NCBI GenBank assembly: GCA_047601445.1 | Contig: JASGJH010000001.1 | Location: 9,280,001-9,344,000, forward strand | Reading direction: 5' to 3' | From: Myxococcales bacterium | GTDB lineage: Bacteria > Myxococcota_A > Polyangia > Polyangiales > DASUME01 | DNA length: 64,000 nt | Shown here: positions 17,349-27,796 of the stretch, piece after piece | How the letters are laid out: each line of letters starts with the position of its first letter | Position numbering within the stretch: the stretch's first letter is position 1 | Program-made: the position numbers and the translations under genes | The notes under the pieces: generated by a model | The model's database searches: none | What the model was told of the DNA's origin: nothing | The model's input: only the letters and a program-made list of their open reading frames with translations

Positions 17349-19706
17349 TTGTCTTTGCGGCGTCGTCGGCATGTAAGCAGGTGGTCTTGGCTCGTTGGGG
17401 TCGCGAGCTGCGCGATGGTGGCTTGTCACGAGGATCCCAAACCACAGCCGGGCGTGGTGATCACGCCCTCGGGGTTCGCGGTGCCCTCGCGCGAGACGGC
17501 GCTGCAACAGGACTACGAGCTGCGCGATGCGTTCCCGAACGTCCACTTCGACTCGCCGGTGTCGATGATCCAGGCGGGCGACCACATGCTGATCGCCGAG
17601 CGCACCGGGCGCATCTTCGCTTTCGAGCGCCGAGACGACGTCACCGAGAAGCACCTGGTGCTGGATCTCTCGGCCCACGCCATCGCGCAAAAGGACTCGG
17701 GCCTGCTCGCCATTGCCGCGCACCCCGACTTCGCCAAGGAAGGTGCGGCCGGCAAGGGCCAGTTGTTCGCCTTCTATGCGTACGTCACCGAGGTTCCGGA
17801 GGGGGACACCGGCAATGTGTTCTCCCATGTACTGCGCCTCTCGCGCTTCACGGTGGGCGACGACTGGACCGCGGACCCGAGCTCGGAGCAGGTCCTGGTC
17901 GCGCAGCCCGACAAGCACCTCTGGCACCAGGGCGGCGGCCTCTTCTTCCATCCCAAGGACGGCTTCCTCTATCTGACCATCGGCGACGAAGGCGGCTACG
18001 ACTGCCACTACGAGACCTGTCAGCACAACGACGTGTTGTTCGGCGCCGTGCTGCGCCTCGACGTCGACTGCCGGGGCGGCGAGATCAGCCATCCCATCGT
18101 GCAGCAGCCGAGTGACGCCACCACCGATCACTACTGCATCCCCAACGACAACCCGTTCGTGGGGCAGGACGATGTGATGGAGGAGGTCTACGCGTTGGGG
18201 CTGCGCAACCCGTTCCGCATGACCTACGACCCGGTGGACGATCAGGTGTGGATCGGCGACGTGGGCGAGCACCTGCACGACGAGGTGGACATTCTGGGCA
18301 AGGCCGCGAACTTCCAGTGGGACATCATGGAAGGCGCCGAGGCCCGTCCGAATCCGAGCGATCCGTCGCGTCCACGCCCCGGCGTCTGGACCGATCCGTT
18401 GATCTCCTATGGGCGATCCGACATGAAAGCCATCATCGGTGGCTACGTGTATCGCGGCAGCGAGCTACGCGGACTCTACGGCAAGTACGTGCATGCGGAC
18501 TATCGCAGCGGCACCGTGTGGGCCACGGAGTACGCCGTGCAAGGCGGCAGAGTTTCCCTGGTCGGCAATGAGCCGATCCTCGAGTCGGAGTACGCGGACG
18601 ACGAGGACGGCATCAGCTCCTTCGCGGTCGACAACGACGGCACGCTCTACGTGTTGACCATCCGGCAGGACGCTCCCGTGCTGGCGCTCAGGGTCGCCGC
18701 GAACCAGGCTCCTCCCGCACCGCGGCTCCTCTCGCAGACCAAGCTGTTCTCGGATCTGAAGGAGCTCACCCCCTCGAAGAAGCTGCGTGAGTACACCATC
18801 AACACGCCGCTCTGGTCCGACGGCTCCGGGAAGCGCAGGTTCCTGGGGCTGCCGGGAGCGCCCGCGGGGTATACCGAGCAAGGCGCCTGGGAGCTGCCGC
18901 AGGGGACAGTGCTGGTAAAGCACTTCGAGTTGCCCCTCGATGAGCACCAGCCCGACAAGCTGCATCGCCTCGAGACGCGCGTGCTGGTGATCGACGACCA
19001 CGGCGTGTACGGCGCGACCTACAAATGGCGTGATGACCAGTCGGACGCCGAGCTCTCGCTGGACCACGTGGAGCAGGAGCTGAGCATCACGCAGATCGAC
19101 GGTAGCGTGCGGAAGCAGACGCACATCTTTCCGAGCTCGGGCGAGTGCTTGCGCTGTCACGACCCAGCGGCCGGTAAGGCCCTCGGCATTCAGACCGCGC
19201 AGCTCAACCTGGAGCTCGACGGTCACTCGCAGCTCGAAGCATTGGCCGAGGAAGGTCTCCTCGAGGGCTTGCCCGCAGATCTGGGCAGCCTGCCGCACCT
19301 CGCTCCTCTGAGCGACACGGAGGCACCGATCGAGCAGCGGGTGCGCTCCTATCTGCACGCCAACTGCTCTTTCTGCCATGGCAGCCGCGAGCTCGCCGGC
19401 GCTCAGTGGGATGCTCGCATCACTACCGAGTTGGCGGACGCGCAGATTCTAGACGGCGAGGTGTTGGGGCTCGAGGGCCAAGACGACCTGCGCATCGTGG
19501 CGCCTGGCGATCCGGAACGCTCGTACATGCTGCAGCGCGTGGCCAGCACGGACCGCAATCAGCGCATGCCGCCGCTCGCCTCGGCGCGTCCGGATTCCAC
19601 CTTCGTGGGCGTGTTGGCCGAGTGGATCCGATCGCTCGAGTCGGACGAGGACAACAACGGTTTCGGTGGTGAAGGCGACATCGACATCGACCCGACCGCA
19701 GAGTGA
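17349..19706 (+). CDS. PQQ-dependent sugar dehydrogenase-like beta-propeller fused to a diheme cytochrome c domain (lipoprotein)
   Basis: HQGG, IGDEG, IPNDNPF, GLRNPFR, GDVG; C-terminal PLWSDG..K.R, CLRCH and CSFCH heme motifs, RMPP; start uncertain. Confidence 0.85.
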   Translation: MSLRRRRHVSRWSWLVGVASCAMVACHEDPKPQPGVVITPSGFAVPSRETALQQDYELRDAFPNVHFDSPVSMIQAGDHMLIAERTGRIFAFERRDDVTEKHLVLDLSAHAIAQKDSGLLAIAAHPDFAKEGAAGKGQLFAFYAYVTEVPEGDTGNVFSHVLRLSRFTVGDDWTADPSSEQVLVAQPDKHLWHQGGGLFFHPKDGFLYLTIGDEGGYDCHYETCQHNDVLFGAVLRLDVDCRGGEISHPIVQQPSDATTDHYCIPNDNPFVGQDDVMEEVYALGLRNPFRMTYDPVDDQVWIGDVGEHLHDEVDILGKAANFQWDIMEGAEARPNPSDPSRPRPGVWTDPLISYGRSDMKAIIGGYVYRGSELRGLYGKYVHADYRSGTVWATEYAVQGGRVSLVGNEPILESEYADDEDGISSFAVDNDGTLYVLTIRQDAPVLALRVAANQAPPAPRLLSQTKLFSDLKELTPSKKLREYTINTPLWSDGSGKRRFLGLPGAPAGYTEQGAWELPQGTVLVKHFELPLDEHQPDKLHRLETRVLVIDDHGVYGATYKWRDDQSDAELSLDHVEQELSITQIDGSVRKQTHIFPSSGECLRCHDPAAGKALGIQTAQLNLELDGHSQLEALAEEGLLEGLPADLGSLPHLAPLSDTEAPIEQRVRSYLHANCSFCHGSRELAGAQWDARITTELADAQILDGEVLGLEGQDDLRIVAPGDPERSYMLQRVASTDRNQRMPPLASARPDSTFVGVLAEWIRSLESDEDNNGFGGEGDIDIDPTAE

Positions 19707-19726
19707 GGCCCACGCGGGCTTGCGCG

Positions 19727-21745
19727 TCACTCGGACTTGAAGCCGATGCGCGCGTGGGTGCCGTCGCAGAAGGGCTTGTTGCTGCTGCCACCACAACGGC
19801 ACAGGCGGGTCGACGTGACGCGGGCCACCATGCGCCCCGTGCCACTGGTGATCTCGAGGTTGCCCCGCACCTGGAGGGGACCATCGAGCTGCGGCGTGAT
19901 CTCGAGCGGGCCGTTGCGCACGGGGAGCATCTCCGTCTGCGTCCCCGTGGCCGGTTCGCCGCTCGCGCTGAAGCCCACATCGTGGTGGGAGCCGTCGCAA
20001 TAGGGTTTGTGCTTCGACGCGCCGCACCGGCACAGGGTGGCGCGGTTGCAAATCCGATCGCCGTCGAGGAGCAGCTCGCCCCGCACCGCGTAGGGTCCCG
20101 CCTCGCGCACGGCGATCAGGTTGACGGGCGGGCAGGCTTCGTTGGGGCGGCCGTCCTTGCGTTCGTAGCGAATGGCGCCTGAAGGGCAGGCATGGGCGAT
20201 GGCCACCAGCTCCTCCGCGTCCATGGCGTCGGGATGGATCCAGGGACCCTTAACGTTGGCCAAGAAGACATCGGGAGCGCCGGTGACGCAGAAGCGCGCG
20301 TGGATGCAGCGCTTGGCCTCGAACAGCAGCTTCAGATGCTTGCCCTCCACGTGCTCCACGCCATCGATGATGGTGCTGCTCTCGTTGCCCGCCGCGGCTT
20401 CGCCCGCGCTCTCGGCTGGCTTGGCGGAGGCGGCGATCGCGGGAGGAGCAGCGGGAGCAGCCGGTTGGCCCTGCGGCTGCGAGGTTGCGGCGGCACGCGC
20501 TTTACCGAAGCCCTTGGCGGCGCGCTTGTGGAGCTCGCGGAAGTAGCGGGTCGCCCCGTGCACGCGCGTATCGTCTTGATTGGGCAGCCGCTCGGCGGCC
20601 ACGGCCAGCTCTTCGAGACGTTCCACGAAGAAGCGTTCCGCCGCGGGCCCGGGCGGGAACGGCGAGGCGTCGCGCAGCGCCGTGAAGGACACGCCGGCGT
20701 TGCAGTTCGGATGGCTCGGTCCCACGGGCAGTCGCGCGGCGCGCTCGGCCAACAAGCTGAAGGCACGCATCAGTCCCACACCGAGGTCGACCGCGAGCTG
20801 CTTTTCGGGCGCCGGGCGCGGCACCACATAGGAATAGGCCAGCAAGCGCAGCATCATGCCGTATCCCGTATTGGCCACGTCCACCACCGAGGCCGCCTCT
20901 TCGGACTCGATGAAGACGCGACCCTCGGGGCGCATGGGGGGACGCAAGACCGGATTCACGGCGGCGAAAAAGGCGGGACTGAAGTTTGGGTTCTTGGCCT
21001 TGAGCTCGGCCATTTCACTGCGGATGCCGAGGAACCGCTGATAGTGGGAGTCCGTGGCGTCGGCGGGAGCGCCCTCGCCCTGGCGCACGATGGCCTCGAA
21101 GGCGGCCAGCGCCGTCTTGGCGCAGATCACGGGCTTGCACTTCACCAGCTCGACTTCGGCGTTCGAGAGCTGGAGCGCCGGGTCGCCACACATGGCGCTG
21201 CGCTCCCCCACGCGCGCGACGAGCGAGGAAAGGCGCGCGCCGAGCGTGGCGTAGAAGGTGCCCACCGTGTCGTAGTCCATGGCCATGGGCGTAATGCGCG
21301 GCTGCATCAGGCCGCGGCGGTAGCGGAACTCGGCCTCGAAGCCCGCACCGTCGCGCTCGGTCGAGCCCTCCGGGCGCTCCAGGAAGATGAAGTGTTGCAG
21401 CACGGCCTCGCTGAACGGCGCGAGCTTCACCACCACACCCGCGGGGAGGATGCCTGGATCCAGCGGGAAGTTCCCACGTCCGAAGCGCGGCGTGGCCCCG
21501 AGTGCCGACGTGATGTTCCAGACCATGGTGAGGTGGCTCATCTCCTCGATGGCCACCCGCAAGATGGTCGCCCGCCAACGCGCCGTGGCCTCCGCCTCTT
21601 CGCGCGAGAGTCCCTCGGCCTCTCCCGAGCGCAGACTGAAGGCCGCGTAGAGGTAGGTGCACATCAAGTTATGTTCGAGCTCGGCGGCCTCGTAGAGCGA
21701 GTGGACCAGCTGTTCTCGAGAGGTGTAGTCGCTCGCTTCGCCCAT
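19727..21745 (-). CDS. Ferritin-like (VioB/RebD-type) domain fused to Fer4_19 and two CDGSH Fe-S domains
   Basis: ELEH..YLYAAFSL, IEEMSHL, QGEG..SHYQRF; CIHARFC...CPSGAI; CRCGASKHKPYCDGSH and CRCGGSSNKPFCDGTH. Confidence 0.85.
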   Translation of the reverse strand: MGEASDYTSREQLVHSLYEAAELEHNLMCTYLYAAFSLRSGEAEGLSREEAEATARWRATILRVAIEEMSHLTMVWNITSALGATPRFGRGNFPLDPGILPAGVVVKLAPFSEAVLQHFIFLERPEGSTERDGAGFEAEFRYRRGLMQPRITPMAMDYDTVGTFYATLGARLSSLVARVGERSAMCGDPALQLSNAEVELVKCKPVICAKTALAAFEAIVRQGEGAPADATDSHYQRFLGIRSEMAELKAKNPNFSPAFFAAVNPVLRPPMRPEGRVFIESEEAASVVDVANTGYGMMLRLLAYSYVVPRPAPEKQLAVDLGVGLMRAFSLLAERAARLPVGPSHPNCNAGVSFTALRDASPFPPGPAAERFFVERLEELAVAAERLPNQDDTRVHGATRYFRELHKRAAKGFGKARAAATSQPQGQPAAPAAPPAIAASAKPAESAGEAAAGNESSTIIDGVEHVEGKHLKLLFEAKRCIHARFCVTGAPDVFLANVKGPWIHPDAMDAEELVAIAHACPSGAIRYERKDGRPNEACPPVNLIAVREAGPYAVRGELLLDGDRICNRATLCRCGASKHKPYCDGSHHDVGFSASGEPATGTQTEMLPVRNGPLEITPQLDGPLQVRGNLEITSGTGRMVARVTSTRLCRCGGSSNKPFCDGTHARIGFKSE

Positions 21746-21888
21746 GACGCATGGTTTACCAGCCAGGCCGGAGGGGCGCTCGCAGCGGCCGCAAATGAAA
21801 CCAGTTCGTCATCGAAGCGCGCTGCTGTGCGCCGGCGGGCGCCTTCCCGAGTCCTGCCCTCCGTGCGCGTCGTCCGGGCTACGCCGCC

Positions 21889-22251
21889 TCAGCCGCCGGC
21901 CAGCCAGGCCTTCCACACCTCGGGTTGGTAGCCGAGTGTGGCCGCCTTGCCGGAGCGCACGATGGGCGTCTTGAGCAACAGCGGGTCCTCGAGCAACAGG
22001 TTCTCCAGGCGCGGGCCCGTGGGAGCCGCGTACTTCAGACCCTTTTCCACGTAACGCTTGCCCTCAGAGTCGATCAGCGCCGTCATGCCCCCCACGGCGT
22101 TCGCCACGCTGCGCAGTTCGCCGGCGGACATCGGCTTTTCGCCGAGATCGACCGCGTGCACCTTCACGCCACGCTCCTTGAAGAAGCGCTCGGCCTTGCG
22201 GGTCTCGCTGCACTTGCGGGTGCCGAAGATCTGGATGGTCGGGGCTGGCAT
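21889..22251 (-). CDS. ArsC/Spx/MgsR family protein
   Basis: IFGTRKCSETRKAERFFKERG, LLKTPIVR. Confidence 0.88.
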   Translation of the reverse strand: MPAPTIQIFGTRKCSETRKAERFFKERGVKVHAVDLGEKPMSAGELRSVANAVGGMTALIDSEGKRYVEKGLKYAAPTGPRLENLLLEDPLLLKTPIVRSGKAATLGYQPEVWKAWLAGG

Positions 22252-22384
22252 GGCCGCAGCTTAGCAAGCCGGGCCGGCTGGCGTGACGAATGGGCTTCGC
22301 GGACCAAGGTAGGGCACGCGTGAAAGACCGTGGTTCGTGCCGCGATCTCTGAGGTAGGCTGAGGCACGCTGAGGAGGGTCGCAC

Positions 22385-23785
<1,401 letters not shown>

Positions 23786-23842
23786 ACCGGGCGAACAAGC
23801 CCGGAGTGAGATGCCGGGGCCGTGGGCGGGGCCGCGCCCGCC

Positions 23843-24044
23843 ATAGAAAAACGCGCGAACAGACGCTCACGCACGCCGTCGCCGTCGCGGTCAAAGTCGT
23901 CGTCAAAGACCACCACGACGCCCGCGATCAGCAACGTTGGTGTGCGATCTGAAGCCTGCCAGTCGACCTTGACTTGGTCGGCGGCGGCGTGGACCTTGAC
24001 TTGAACGGCGACGGCGTGCGTGAGCGTCTGCACGCGTTCTCTAT
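23843..24044. repeat. Long intergenic inverted repeat (perfect 26-bp core), repeat family copy B
   Basis: CAGACGCTCACGCACGCCGTCGCCGT at 23860-23885 is the exact reverse complement of 24005-24030; weaker pairing extends both ways. Confidence 0.9.
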
Positions 24045-24256
24045 CACGGGAGTGCCAACGATCAGGGCCACGCTCACGGACCCAGATCGAGCACGCCGTG
24101 GGGCAGTTCGACGACCGCGGAGAGCGACCGGATGCCGCCGTTTCTGACGCATATGCAAACCCCGACTACCCCGGTAGCGTGTGCAATGACCCCTGCGACC
24201 AAGCCCGCTGCGATCAGCAAGGCCGAGAATCCAAGGTGCTCTCGTGACATCCTCAT

Positions 24257-25564
24257 TCAGCGGCAATCAGACGCTTGCGCCTTGGGGACGCAGGTGCCTT
24301 TCTCGGTGCACCCAGACACGAGGCACTCGTAGGAGTTGCCCTTGAACGTGCAGTGCTTGCTCAGGTCGAAGGCGCACACGCCCTCGGCGCAGTCTGAATC
24401 CGCTGTGCACTGGCTATGCAGTGGAACGGGAACCATGCAGGTGTGCGTGCACTGGTTGCAGATGAGCCCCTCGAGACAAGCGGGCGAGCAGTCTTCGCCT
24501 TCCCGCCCAAGCGCCTTACAGACCCCAGAGCGCCAGTCGCACTTCATGCCTTCCGGGCAACGCTCCAGGTCACCGCAGGCGTCGAGGTTGACGGGCGGTG
24601 CGGGCTCGGTCGAACAGCGGTTCTCGACACAGCGAAGTCCGAGCCGGCAGTCGTTGGCGGAATCGCAGGCTTCGCCGACGTCCGCCCTCGAAACGCAGAC
24701 GCCTGCCACGCACGCGAGCGTGAGGTCGTGGCTGCAGCGGTTCTGATCTTCCTCGCTACACGAAGCTCCGGCGCTCGCGCCGTCGAGTACCGGGAGCGAC
24801 CAATAGGGGTTGGCTACGCAGGTGCCTTCTTGGCCGCACCAATTGTCTGCGCACTGTCGAGGGCTGGTACATGGGCTTCCCAAGGGCAGACGCGGGCGAC
24901 AGATGGCGGCCTCGCAGAAAGTCTTCACGTCGCAGGGGAGGCTGTCGCTGCAAGTCTTGCCTTCGGTCGCTCGTGGCTTGCAAACGCCACAGAGGTTCCT
25001 GCCACGCTGCTGCAGTGGCTGGTCGAAGAGACAGAAGGCTTCGTCCACACAGCCTGCTTGTCCGTTGTCTAAGCACGGTTCCCCGACCGGAGCTTGGGTT
25101 CGAAGTGGGGGCGAGCCGACCGCGCTCACTATGCAGGCGTCGGGGGCTCCGCGATAGGGAAGGACACCGCCGGGAGCGAGGCCCTGTAGGCCCGCGTTGG
25201 TGCCAAAGTTCACCCAGAGAATCGGCAGGTCGCAGCCGTGGCTCTGGATCCATTCCAGGCAGCGGTTGGAGTCTCCATAGGCAGCCGTCCCTCCAGCGGG
25301 ACCATTGAAGTCCGCGAGTCCGTACTCGACACAGGAGGCACGGTCTCCGCCCGGGTAAACCAACAGCGCTCTCGGTACACAGCGTTCGAGGAATGCGCAC
25401 TCGCTCTCGATGACCACCGACGTATCCACCGGCGGTCCCGCGTCCAGGGCCGCGCCAGGAGCCATGCTCGCGTCGTCAGGCCTGAGCTTGCCTGCATTCG
25501 ACGAGGAGTTGCAGGCCAGCCCGAGCAGCCCGAGTCCAAGCGCGAGAGTGCGGGAGGAGCGCAT
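24257..25564 (-). CDS. Cys-rich repeat (Dickkopf-like) lipoprotein
   Basis: MRSSRTLALGLGLLGLAC lipobox; repeated G..C....C..GL.C modules. Confidence 0.8.
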   Translation of the reverse strand: MRSSRTLALGLGLLGLACNSSSNAGKLRPDDASMAPGAALDAGPPVDTSVVIESECAFLERCVPRALLVYPGGDRASCVEYGLADFNGPAGGTAAYGDSNRCLEWIQSHGCDLPILWVNFGTNAGLQGLAPGGVLPYRGAPDACIVSAVGSPPLRTQAPVGEPCLDNGQAGCVDEAFCLFDQPLQQRGRNLCGVCKPRATEGKTCSDSLPCDVKTFCEAAICRPRLPLGSPCTSPRQCADNWCGQEGTCVANPYWSLPVLDGASAGASCSEEDQNRCSHDLTLACVAGVCVSRADVGEACDSANDCRLGLRCVENRCSTEPAPPVNLDACGDLERCPEGMKCDWRSGVCKALGREGEDCSPACLEGLICNQCTHTCMVPVPLHSQCTADSDCAEGVCAFDLSKHCTFKGNSYECLVSGCTEKGTCVPKAQASDCR

Positions 25565-25621
25565 GCGCCCGGAGCTTACCAGAGTCAGCGGAAGCAACCC
25601 ATCCAGGTTGTGAGATGCGCT

Positions 25622-25768
25622 CTAGGGAAGCGCACCGGCGTCCGCCGCGAACGTTGCAATGAAGCCACGCAAAGAGTTCAGGGTGTCGGCGGGGATGTAG
25701 CCGTCGGCCTGATCCAAGCCTTCGCATCCACTGTCGTTGTCGGCCCGGTAGCGATGGGCCTGGCCAGT
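25622..25768 (-). pseudogene. 3' remnant of a paralog of the 27088-27618 lipoprotein
   Basis: Translates TGQAHRYRADNDSGCEGLDQADGYIPADTLNSLRGFIATFAADAGALP*; in-frame stop upstream at 25814-25816 and no start codon. Confidence 0.8.
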
Positions 25769-25774
25769 GGGGGC

Positions 25775-25936
25775 GGTGGCCGCGCTCGTGAGCGGGACGA
25801 CGCAGGGCCGTGATCAGCGCCCGTCAGCGAGTGAGCGTCGGCGGCATCGATCACCTTCACGATATGGTTCCCGCTCACAAGCGCGGCCACCATCACGGGA
25901 GCGCCAACGGCCAAGGCCACGTTCACGGACACGGTC
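25775..25936. repeat. Inverted repeat (23-bp arms, 1 mismatch) with a periodic tail, repeat family copy D
   Basis: 25775-25797 versus 25869-25891; CGCTCAC head; periodic tail to 25936 on the right arm only. Confidence 0.75.
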
Positions 25937-25992
25937 AGAACTGGTGTCCGTCCCTTCAGGTTGCGGCGCGGTACGCAATCAGCGCGCAGCGC

Positions 25993-26385
25993 CTACCAGG
26001 GCGCACGCAAGCGGCCGAAGCCAGCCACCAGCTCCCGCACCAGCACGCCCAGCCGTCCGCCGCGCAGCGACGCCGTGCCGAGCAGCCCGAGCCCGAGGAA
26101 GAAGCAGACGCGCACCAGGGTTGGCGCGTGAAACACATCCTGGTCTCCGAGCATCCACAGCGTGTTCATCACGGCCCACGCCGCCATCGCGCCGGACACC
26201 AGCCGCGAGGCGTGCGTTGGCGTCGTCAGGACCACCACCGCCAACGAACAAAGCGCCGTGGGCACCGCCAAGCAGATTGCGAGCCAGGTCACACCCTCGA
26301 ACCAGCAATAGTCCATGCCGAACCAGGCCACGCTCGCCGCGAGCTCCATCCAGGTACACCAGGTTTCTCGGCGATTTTGGCTCAT
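25993..26385 (-). CDS. Hypothetical membrane protein
   Basis: ATG 26385 after GAGGG; about 4 hydrophobic segments. Confidence 0.65.
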   Translation of the reverse strand: MSQNRRETWCTWMELAASVAWFGMDYCWFEGVTWLAICLAVPTALCSLAVVVLTTPTHASRLVSGAMAAWAVMNTLWMLGDQDVFHAPTLVRVCFFLGLGLLGTASLRGGRLGVLVRELVAGFGRLRAPW

Positions 26386-26539
26386 ACGGCGCCCTCGGGT
26401 GGGACTGGTGTGTCGGTCGGGCGTCGATGCTACGCGCAAAGGGGAGTGGGGAAAAGGGAGGGATCGGGCTTTGCCGCGACCCCCGGCGGGTAGCGCAGAA
26501 ACGCGAACCACGACATCTAGGAAGGAGCGGAGTCGATCA

Positions 26540-27025
26540 ATGCTGGGATGGAGCGAAGTGCGAGCGGAGTTCGTTTGGGACGGAAGCTGGCGCGATCTAT
26601 GTGTCCGCGCTGCGAACCTCGACGACTGGCAGCATGTGCTCGACGCCCTCCGCGTCGCTGGATTCTCGATGGAGTACACCGTCGCGGGCGTGCCCAGCGA
26701 GCTTCCACTGCAGGTTTCGGAAGTCTTCATGCGAAGCGTGGAGGGATGCTTGCTCTCCGTGACAACGGCAGGCGTCCTTCTCGTCACTCAGTTCTTCGAT
26801 GAGGATGAAATCGTGTTCGATCTCGACCCGCGCGAGGTCGTTGGACAAGTCGAGCTCGATGCGGCTCTTGCGTTCATGAAGGTACTGGCCTGCGCCACTG
26901 GCAAGGACGCCCTGATGACGCCCGAGAACATGCACGATGTTCCATTCATCCGCGTCGACGCGGCCGGCAACGGCGAATACGAATCGTCGGGAGGATTCTT
27001 CGAATCGCGCGTTGAACCGAGCTGA
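26540..27025 (+). CDS. Hypothetical protein (DGSWRD / FDLDPREV motifs)
   Basis: AAGGAG RBS; globular acidic sequence. Confidence 0.7.
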   Translation: MLGWSEVRAEFVWDGSWRDLCVRAANLDDWQHVLDALRVAGFSMEYTVAGVPSELPLQVSEVFMRSVEGCLLSVTTAGVLLVTQFFDEDEIVFDLDPREVVGQVELDAALAFMKVLACATGKDALMTPENMHDVPFIRVDAAGNGEYESSGGFFESRVEPS

Positions 27026-27087
27026 ACCGACTCGGTGTAGCGACACCGACGAAGGTCGCATGCGCGACGAGCCCTGTGAACCGCGCT

Positions 27088-27618
27088 CTAGTGGACCACA
27101 CCCGCGTCGGTCGCGAACGCTGAAATGAGGTCATACAGACGCCCCAGTCTCTCGGCGGCGATGTAGCCGTCGGCCTGATCCAGGCCTTCGCACTCGCTAT
27201 CGTAGTCCGCCAGGTAACGGCGGGCCTGGCCTGTGTGGTCGACAACCGTCAGTTCTTCGAGGGGCGGATGCAAGCAGGGCATCGTTTCGGTGGTCGTCCT
27301 CAGTGCGGCGAGCTGCTCCCGTAGTTGTTGGCTTTGGTCGTCGCTAAGGTGAATGGTCCAGTCGGCACCGCAGGCCGCGGAGGAAAGGGTGTTGGGAGCG
27401 GTATAGGTAGTCGTTGCTGGAGTGTTCTCAGCACAGCCGGCGTCGTCCTCGATGGCAGGTCCGCCAGCCGATTCGATTGCGAAGCCCGTGTCGCCGTCGC
27501 TCCAAATCGCGCGAGACTCGTCGGGAGTGCGGGCCTCGTCGCCAGGCGTCCCATGATCGGTCGTACAGGCTGCAAGCGCAACCAGGGCCAAGAAGGCCGC
27601 ACACCAGGGCAATCTCAT
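27088..27618 (-). CDS. Hypothetical lipoprotein
   Basis: MRLPWCAAFLALVALAAC lipobox; paralogous tail at 25622-25768 supports this frame. Confidence 0.8.
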   Translation of the reverse strand: MRLPWCAAFLALVALAACTTDHGTPGDEARTPDESRAIWSDGDTGFAIESAGGPAIEDDAGCAENTPATTTYTAPNTLSSAACGADWTIHLSDDQSQQLREQLAALRTTTETMPCLHPPLEELTVVDHTGQARRYLADYDSECEGLDQADGYIAAERLGRLYDLISAFATDAGVVH

Positions 27619-27796
27619 GATTCGTCGTCCTACGGGTTGGGAGATGCCACGCTCTGAGTGCAACGCTCGTGCCGCGCCGTGCAGGCGTTTGAATGCGGAA
27701 AGGCTAAGCAATTGCCGCCGAATCATCCTGTGCCGGTGTGCGCCATCTCGCTGTAAAACGGCCTCTCGTTCGCACCGGGACGAACGGAGCGAGGCC

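Noticed and set aside
24074..24256. 60-aa hydrophobic ORF starting right after the Cys-rich lipoprotein stop
   Set aside because: Position is suggestive, but codon usage is atypical and no motif is recognisable; not enough support to call
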